From the NCBI GenBank assembly GCA_045594745.1, contig JAZNZC010000151.1:5095-69094 (forward strand): DNA of 64,000 nucleotides. Direction: 5' to 3'. Within the stretch, counting starts at the first letter, position 1. Each line of letters opens with the position of its first letter. Positions 27,275 through 35,800 of this stretch are shown piece after piece. Origin of the DNA: Eubacteriales bacterium (GTDB lineage: Bacteria > Bacillota > Clostridia > Oscillospirales > CAG-272). The notes beneath the pieces are model-generated. The model saw only the letters and a program-made list of their open reading frames with translations, did no database searches and was not told the origin of the DNA. A program made the position numbers and the translations under genes.

Positions 27275-28453
27275 ATGAGTAAGAATAATAAAAATCCGAA
27301 TCTTCTCACCATCAAGGAAAGCCGCGAGATCATAAAGAGCAATCTTCGCGAGATGAAGCGCTTGGAGAAGATCAAGCGCGAAAAGCGCACCCCCGATCAA
27401 TTTACCACCACAATGAGATCGAACGACAATGTTCTCGAGGTGGAAAATCTTGAAACCTTCTTTTATACCGACAACGGTGTCGTCCGTTCGGTAAACAACA
27501 TTTCCTTTGACGTTCCCAAGAATTCGATCGTTGGTCTTGTAGGTGAGTCCGGATGCGGAAAGAGCGTAACCAGCCTTTCCATCATGCAGCTTGTGCAAGC
27601 ACCGCAAGGTCAGGTCGTTGGCGGCAAGATCAAATTCAATTCCGGCGAGCTCGGTCAGGATGAACAGGGCCGCGACAAGTGTTATGACGTAACAAAAATG
27701 CCCACTATCGATATGTGTCGCATCAGAGGTAAGGATATCTCTATGATATTCCAGGAGCCTATGACAAGCCTCAACCCCGTGTTTACCGTTGGATATCAAA
27801 TAGAAGAAGTATTCTATTTGAACAATCCCGAAGCCACAAAAGAAGAGGCGAGGGCAAAGGCGATCGAGATGCTCGCTACCGTCGGTATTCCTATGCCGGA
27901 AACCATGGTGGATTACTATCCCCACCAGCTCTCGGGCGGTATGCGTCAGAGAGTTATGATCGCAATCGCGCTTACAGGAAACGCTAAGCTGATCATTGCC
28001 GATGAGCCTACTACGGCGCTCGACGTTACCATTCAAAGTCAGATATTACATCTTCTCAAAAAGGTACAAAAGGATTGCGGCGCTTCTGTAATGCTGATCA
28101 CCCACGACCTTGGTGTAGTAGCAGAAATGGCAGACTACGTAGTGGTTATGTATGCGGGTAAGATCGTAGAGAAGGGTACCGTATATGAGATCTTCGATAA
28201 TCCTATGCACCCGTATACCAAAGGCGTTCAAAGAGCGAAGCCTTCTTTGGAATCGGATGTCGGTGAAGATCTGTATAGCATTCCCGGCAACGTTCCCAAC
28301 CCGATCAACATTCCCGATGAGTGTTTGTTCAAGGGTAGATGTGACAGAAGATGCGCCCAGTGTGAGGGTAAGGGCTATCCCAAAGAGATCAAGCTCAGTC
28401 CCACCCATAGCGTATTCTGTCACCTATACAGTGAGAAAGGGGGAGAGAACTGA
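27275..28453 (+). CDS. ABC transporter ATP-binding protein (OppD type)
   Basis: Walker A GESGCGKS, signature LSGGMRQR, Cys-rich oligopeptide-type C-terminus. ATG 27275 sits 8 nt after AAGAGG; a GTG at 27266 is also possible. Confidence 0.9.
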   Translation: MSKNNKNPNLLTIKESREIIKSNLREMKRLEKIKREKRTPDQFTTTMRSNDNVLEVENLETFFYTDNGVVRSVNNISFDVPKNSIVGLVGESGCGKSVTSLSIMQLVQAPQGQVVGGKIKFNSGELGQDEQGRDKCYDVTKMPTIDMCRIRGKDISMIFQEPMTSLNPVFTVGYQIEEVFYLNNPEATKEEARAKAIEMLATVGIPMPETMVDYYPHQLSGGMRQRVMIAIALTGNAKLIIADEPTTALDVTIQSQILHLLKKVQKDCGASVMLITHDLGVVAEMADYVVVMYAGKIVEKGTVYEIFDNPMHPYTKGVQRAKPSLESDVGEDLYSIPGNVPNPINIPDECLFKGRCDRRCAQCEGKGYPKEIKLSPTHSVFCHLYSEKGGEN

Positions 28454-29502
28454 TGGAAGAGAAAAACAACTCCACCACCCAAAAGGATTATATTCTTGAG
28501 GTGGATGGACTGAAGCAGTATTTCCCCGTAGCAACCAATTTCTTTGGTAAGCCGACGGCTTATCTCCGCGCAGTAGACGGTGTTTCTTTCAAGCTTGAAC
28601 GCGGAAAAACGCTTGGTATAGTTGGCGAGTCGGGATGCGGAAAAACCACACTCGGCAGAACCATTCTTCGTCTTTACGATGTCAGCGAGGGAAGTGCACT
28701 TTACACATCCGAGAAGGAAAACGGTGAAAAGGTTACCCGTGACTTAGCAAAGATCTCCAAAAAGGAGTTCTACAAGCTTCGCACCGAGCTGCAGCTCGTA
28801 TTCCAGGATCCGTATTCCTCCTTGCCCCCCAGAATGACAGTCGGCGCCATCATTGGCGAGGCAGTAAGAGTTCACAAGATTGTCCCCGATGCTGAGGTAA
28901 GCAGTTACGTAAGAGGCGTTATGGCAAGATGTGGACTTCAGCCTCATCACTATGACAGATATCCTCACGAGTTCTCGGGCGGTCAACGACAGAGAATTTG
29001 TATTGCAAGAGCTCTGGCAGTAAAGCCCAAGCTTGTTATCTGTGATGAGCCTGTATCGGCACTCGACGTGTCCATTCAGGCACAGATCATCAACCTGCTC
29101 AAAAAGCTGCAACGCGAAGAGGGAATGTCGTATATGTTCATTTCGCACGACCTCTCGGTTGTCAAGTACATTTCCGATGATATCGCGGTTATGTACCTCG
29201 GAAACATTGTTGAAATGGGTAGTGCAAAGGAGATCTGCACAAATGCAAAGCATCCTTACACGCAGGCGCTTTTCTCTGCAGTTCCCGTGGCAAACCCGCA
29301 CAAAAAATCCGAGCCTGTAGCGCTTGAGGGAGAGATCCCCAGCCCTGCCAATCCCCCCAAGGGATGCAAATTCCATACAAGATGTAAGTTCTGCACCGAA
29401 AAGTGTCGTGAGGTCCCCCCCACGATGACCGATATCGGTAACGGACATTACGTCAGCTGTCACCTTTACAACGAACAGTCCAAAACAAATGAAGAAAAAT
29501 AA
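28453..29502 (+). CDS. ABC transporter ATP-binding protein (OppF type)
   Basis: Walker [10 protein letters not shown], signature [13 protein letters not shown] overlap with the upstream gene. Confidence 0.9.
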   Translation: MEEKNNSTTQKDYILEVDGLKQYFPVATNFFGKPTAYLRAVDGVSFKLERGKTLGIVGESGCGKTTLGRTILRLYDVSEGSALYTSEKENGEKVTRDLAKISKKEFYKLRTELQLVFQDPYSSLPPRMTVGAIIGEAVRVHKIVPDAEVSSYVRGVMARCGLQPHHYDRYPHEFSGGQRQRICIARALAVKPKLVICDEPVSALDVSIQAQIINLLKKLQREEGMSYMFISHDLSVVKYISDDIAVMYLGNIVEMGSAKEICTNAKHPYTQALFSAVPVANPHKKSEPVALEGEIPSPANPPKGCKFHTRCKFCTEKCREVPPTMTDIGNGHYVSCHLYNEQSKTNEEK

Positions 29503-29746
29503 AAAAACAAAAGTTGTTTATCTCGAGGATAAAGGAGAAACAGTATATTCTATGGCTGCTCTTGAGGGAAGAACTCCCGAGGAGCAGGAGGAGTATGACA
29601 AAAAACGCAAAAATCGCATATCGGCTACGGGAAGAGAAAGATGGGCCATGTTAACAGCAGCTTTTTCCGTTTACGGTCCGGTCTTGTTGATATGCATTGG
29701 TGCATTTTTTGTTGCGGCCTTGCTGATGTACTTTTTCCTCAGGTAA
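29489..29746 (+). CDS. small membrane protein (85 aa), unknown function
   Basis: Basic and acidic N-terminal half, then one clear TM (VLLICIGAFFVAALLMYFF). Overlaps the OppF-type stop by 14 nt. No obvious RBS. Confidence 0.5.
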   Translation: MKKNKKTKVVYLEDKGETVYSMAALEGRTPEEQEEYDKKRKNRISATGRERWAMLTAAFSVYGPVLLICIGAFFVAALLMYFFLR

Positions 29747-29755
29747 TATATTGAC

Positions 29756-29789
29756 GGCATCTGTGCTGTTCTTGGTCAGCACAGATGTC
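29756..29789 (+). terminator. 13-bp hairpin after the operon, without a T-tract
   Basis: GGCATCTGTGCTG-ttcttggt-CAGCACAGATGTC. It may attenuate rather than fully terminate. Confidence 0.4.
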
Positions 29790-29830
29790 GCAGGCAAAAA
29801 TTCAAAAAAACACATTAGGAGGTTTTCTTT

Positions 29831-32800
29831 ATGACAACAAAGAGAAGAATTCTCAGCCTCATTCTGGTGTTAGTCCTCGCTCTCGTTTGTTGTATGGCAG
29901 TCGCTTGCGGTAACGATAAACCGGACGATGAACAAACGACTACTGTACCGAATAACGGCAACAACGAACCTACTAAGACCGAATGGCCTGAAGCCGGAGT
30001 TTACTACTTTGATGATGTAAACTTCGAAAACACACTGACACTTAACGTTGGTGACACCTTTTCCCTTTACGTAAAGGGCGTGCTTTCGGCAGGTAAGTAC
30101 ACGCTTACCGACAGCCAACTCGTGCTCGACTTTAACGCAGAGGGTGTGAGTGACGTAACCGCTACATACGAAGGCGGCGTTATCTCTCTTACATATCAGG
30201 ATGCAAGTATGCGTTTCCTGAAAAAGATCAACTACACCGTTAACTTTAACGTTGACGGCGGTAGTGAAGTAGCTGCTCAGACCGTTTTGAACGGTAAGGG
30301 CGCAACCAAGCCCGCAGATCCTACCCGCACCGGTTTTGTATTTGTTGGCTGGTATGCAGATGCCGAGTTTAAGACCGCTTACGCATTTGGCGCTACTCCC
30401 GTAACCGCTGACACGACCATCTATGCAAGATGGATCGCTGAAACCGTGACCGGCAAGGAGTTCACCGTACAGCTGAATGCGAACTACGAGGGTGCTCCTG
30501 CTCTCGAGGCTGCACTTACTGCAGGCGGCAAGCTCTTTGGTCTGCCTGTTCTTGATAGAGAAGGCTATACCTTCGGCGGTTGGTGGTTCAGCACCGAATC
30601 CGACGGCAGCAAGCTTTCCTATAAGTATGAGGACAATATGCCTATTGACGCTAACACCGCTCTCTACGCGCTTTGGATCGCAAATCCTGCTGATTCCAAG
30701 CTCGCAGTACCCGTTGTTAACGTGAATGCAAGCAACATTAGCTGGAATCCCATTGACGGTGCGAGAGCTTATGACGTTAAGGTCATCGCAGAGGATGGAG
30801 AGGTTATGATTGATACCTCTGTAGCCGGAACCGTTCTGAATGTTTCCTTCAAAGATTGGGATGCAGGCAAGTACGAGATCATCGTTACTGCAAAGGCCAA
30901 TTCCGGCGAGCAGAACGACTCCGCTGCTACAAGATACTATGTAAACAAGGCCCTTAATAAGGTTTCCGAGTTCTTTGTAGATGGCTCCATGCTCGTATTC
31001 AACACTGTTGAAAATGCAGAGAAGTACATTATCACCGTAGTGTGTGGCAATCCCAACCATAATCACACTGCATTTGATAACGGTTCTTCCAGAACCTTCA
31101 ACTTTGCTAACTGCACCATGACTGCAGACGGTATTCAGTTTACCGTTACCGCAGTAGCAGATGGCTACGCTTCCTCGACATCTGACGTTTTCACGGTTAC
31201 CAAGAACCTTGATAGCGTTGGCGGCTTCCGTTTTGACGAAGCTACCCAAACCCTTGTTTGGAACGAGGTTGCATCTGCAGAAAGCTATATGGTTTCTGTT
31301 AAGTGCGGCAACTCCGCGCACAACCACGACTTTGTTAACTTTGGTACGCAGACTTTCGTAAGCCTTAAGGGATGTGATGCTGCTGAAGGCGGTATCGTTG
31401 TTAAGGTTTATCCTAAGACCGAAGGTTACAATTCTCCCGCTGCTTCCGAGTTCGTTTATACCAAGACTGTTCTCGGAACGCCTACAGATCTTCTTCTCGT
31501 TGGCAATGTTCTGAGTTGGAACGCAGTTGCCGGAGCAGAGAAGTATGAAGTAACCGTAAACGGTGTTGCATACGAAAGCACCACCAACTCCTTCGACCTC
31601 ACTCCTATGGTAGATGTTATTGAAGGCGTTGAATACACGCTCACTGTTCAAGCAAAGGGCGCATCCGATTCTTTGGTATCCGATGAGCTTGTTGCTTCTT
31701 ACTACGAGATGAGCGATAAGGTTTCTTACGCTAACGGTAAGCTTACCTGGACTCCCGTTATCGGAGCAGACCACTATGAGATTCAAGTAAACGACGGTGA
31801 GATCGTCAAGGCAGAGGGCGGCGTACACTCCGCACTCGTAACCCTCAACAAGAAGGGCGAAAACCTTGTAAAGGTTCGCTTCGTTGACGGCAAGAATACT
31901 TCCGAGTGGGTCAGCACGACCGTAATCGCTCACCGTGTTACCTTTGATACGCTTGGCGGTAAGCCCGTTGATGCTCAATTCAAGGCTGTCGGTGATCCCA
32001 TCGTTCTCCCCGTTACCGAGAAGACAGGTTATGATTTTGTAGCTTGGTATAATGTTCCCGGTGGCGCACTGAGCAACGGTGCAGCTTATGAGGACGTTAT
32101 CTTCACCGAAAGCGGTGATATCGTACTCTACGGCTATTACAACGCAAAGAAATACGAAGTTGTTTACAACTACGGCGTTGGCGGAACCGGCACTCTTACC
32201 TCCGATCTGGTAAGCTTTGACGGCAACTACACGCTCATCGTTCCTACTGCAAGCAGCGTTGCAGGTGCATTTGGCGGCTGGTTCTCCGCTCCTTACGGCA
32301 TGGGTGTTCAATACACCGATGAGAGCGGTAATAGCCTTGCACCCTGGACTTTGACAGAGGGCAAGGAGCTCTATGCGTTCTGGATCGACGAAACGCTTTC
32401 CTTTACTTTGACGAAGGTAAACGGCAAGGAGGCTTATGCGGTATCCAAGGGCTCGAGAATCGACCTTGTTACCGAGCTGACCATTCCCGCAACCTATCGC
32501 GGCTTGCCCGTAACCTTTATTGCAGGTAACGCTTTTGCTAACTGCTCCAACCTTAAGGTTATCAATCTTCCCGAAACCATCGAGCAGATTTCTTTGATCT
32601 CTCCCTTCGAGGGCTGCTCTTCTCTTACTGCAATCAATGTATACGAAGTAGAAGGCGTTGCAGCACCCGTATTTACATCTGTAGATGGTGTACTTCTTGA
32701 CATCGGTACCGCAGGCAAGACCAAGATTGCTCTTGTACCTATGGCAAAGACCGGAACGTTCCGCATTCCTGCAGGCGTTACCGAAATTCCCGAAGCAGCA

Positions 32801-35800
32801 TTTGCCGGTTCTTCCATTTCTAAGGTTATCATTCCCGCACAGGTAACCACCATTGGCAGAGAAGCTTTCAAGGATAACGCAAACCTCACCTCCGTAGTAT
32901 TTGAGGTGAATACCGAAGGCTCTTCCGCTCCGCTTACGATCGGAACAAGAGCGTTTATGAACTGCACGAAGCTTGAAAAGATCACTCTTCCCGCAAGACT
33001 TACCGAAATCAAGCTTCAAAGATATTCTGTTTCCGACGGTATCGTAAATACCACCGAGGGCGACAACGCATTTATCGGTTGTAGCTCGCTTGAGTCTATC
33101 AACGTAGCCTCTAACAACCAAAATTACAAGGCTATCGACAGCGTCCTTTATTCTAAGGATGGCAGAACGCTCCTCTTTGTTCCCGCATCCGTCAAGGGTA
33201 CGTTCGTTGTACCCGAGGGTACGAGAAACATTGCGGCAGGTGCGTTTGTTGGATGTCATTCCATCAGCGAAGTAACGCTTCCCGGTTCTCTTGTTTTGAT
33301 CGGCGAGTGTGCATTCTACGGCCTCGAAAATCTTGCAACACTTACCTTTAACGGTGGTGCGCTTAATGATCTTGAGGTAGAAAAGTATGCCTTTATGGAT
33401 TGTAAGGATCTTACAACCGTAACCCTTAGCGAGGGCAGCCGTTTGGCTAAGCTTGGTGACAGTGCATTCCAGGGATGCGAAGAGCTGAAGGAATTCACTT
33501 TCTCCGCAAGCATGTCCTCTGTTGGTGCGGCTGCATTTGCAAACTGCACTTCTCTTGAGAGTGTAACCTTTGCAACAAGTGAAAGAACTCTCTCCTTTGG
33601 CGAGAATACTTTCATGAATTGTACTGCCCTTACTACAGTAAATCTCCCCGCAAACGTTAACAAGATTCCCGGTGTATTCACGGGATGTACCTCTCTTGAG
33701 GCTGTTAATGTTGACGCGAACTCTCAGTACCTCACCTCTGTTGACGGCGTTGTATACGATAAGGCTATGACCGAGATCGTATTCTTCCCGCAGGGCAAGA
33801 ACGGTGACTTTGAGCTTCCCGCAACTGTTACTACCATCACTAACGGTGTATTCCAAAACGTAACCCTTGGTACCCTTACCATCAGCAATGCCGTTACTGT
33901 TATCGGTGACGATGCGTTCAACTCTGCAAATATCGATGCGATCGTATTTACAGGCGAAGCTACCGGTACGCTTACCATTGGTGCAAACGCATTCAGAAAT
34001 GCAGAGCTTGGCGCACTCACACTTCCCGCGCACACCGTTTCCATCGGTCATTCTGCATTCTACGAGACCACTGCTGACTCCATCGTGCTCAACGAGGGCC
34101 TTGTTACTCTCGGTGACTATGCATTCTGGGGCGCAGAGCTTGACATTACCGTTCCCGCATCTGTAAAGACCATTGGTTCTTACTGCTTCAGCGGTTACGC
34201 TGAAGGCGGTTGGTGGAGCAGCACTTATTACTATCCTAGTGTTACGCTCACCGTTGAAGGCTCCGTGCTTGAGAACATCGGCAACGGTGCATTCGAAGGC
34301 AATATTTACATTACGGAGCTCGTTATCCCCGCATCTGTAAAGGCCATTGGCAACTATGCTTTCTATGGATGTGAAGAGCTTGGTAAAGTTACCTTTGCAG
34401 GTACTCCTGTAATCGAGAGCATCGGTGCATTTGCATTTGCTAACGAATCCAGCTACGATGCATCCTACAACTTTACCGAAATTACCATCCCCGCATCCGT
34501 CAAGACCATTGGCGCATATGCTTTCGCTAATACTCGCCTTGAAAAGGTTATCTTTGAAAACGGTACAGAGGATCTCGTGCTTGGAGCTACTTTTGTAGAC
34601 AGATATTACAACGAGAGCATGGGAACCTACTACACAGATATCTATCGCGGTCACGTATTTTACTACTGCGATTATCTGGAGACCGTAGAGCTTCCTTCCC
34701 GTCTTACCGTACTCGAAGAGGGAACATTCAAGTTTGCAGGTTATTATGTAGACGCTTTGAGTGTTACCATTACAGGCGACAATCCTCGCCTGACCACCAT
34801 TGGTGCTGAGTGCTTCTATAGCTCCGCATTGGTTTCCTTCGTAATTCCCAAGAGTGTACGCAACCTGCCCGCATACACCGATCCTGCCAGCGGCGAGACC
34901 TATGATAGACTCGGTATCGGTGCTAATGCATTCTACGGTTTGTACGACTCTCTTACCTCCCTCACCTTTGAGATGGGCGGAGATGCTCCTCTTACCATTG
35001 GAGCAAACGCATTTGACAATGCAGACCTTCTTACCTCCATCGTTCTTCCCGCAAGACTTGCTTCTTACACATCTTACACCGGTGAGGAGATCGCACCTCT
35101 TGCAAACGGTGCTCTCGTATTCAACTCCTGTGGCGGCCTTACCTCCGTTACCGTTGAAAATCAGAGCGGAGCATACTATACCTCTCTTAACGGCGTTCTT
35201 ATGACCGCTGATATGAAGGAGTTGGTTTACTATCCCGTGGCTCGTGAGGGTGAATTTACCGTTCCCGCGAGCGTAATCAAGATTCACGACCGTGCCTTCT
35301 ACGAGGCAACAATGCTTACTTCTCTCGTTTTCGAGGGTGGTAGCGAGAAAATGTACATTGGTAACGAAGCATTTGAACGTTGCAGCGGTCTTACCGCGGT
35401 TGTTCTTCCTTCCAATGTTGTATCTCTTGGCGATGAAGCATTCTATGGCTGTTCCGAGCTCGTAAGCCTTACGCTTTCCGCAAGTCTGATGGACTTCAGC
35501 TCTTCTATGGTTGACCGTTGCGACAAGCTTGCTGCAATCAACGTAGGTGCTGACGGACAGGGCGCTTACTACTCGTCTATTGACGGCGTTCTTTACAGTG
35601 CGGATAAGTCTGCTTTGGTTGTTTATCCTCTCGCAAAGACGGATGAAGAACTCGTTGTTGATGCTAACGTAGAGGTTATTTATGCAAGCGCATTCTACGG
35701 CAATGAAAACATCAAAAAGGTCGTTCTTCCCGAAGGTCTTGTGGAAATTCAGGCGGCAGCCTTTGACTTCTGTAGTGCACTTGAGGAAGTAAACATTCCT

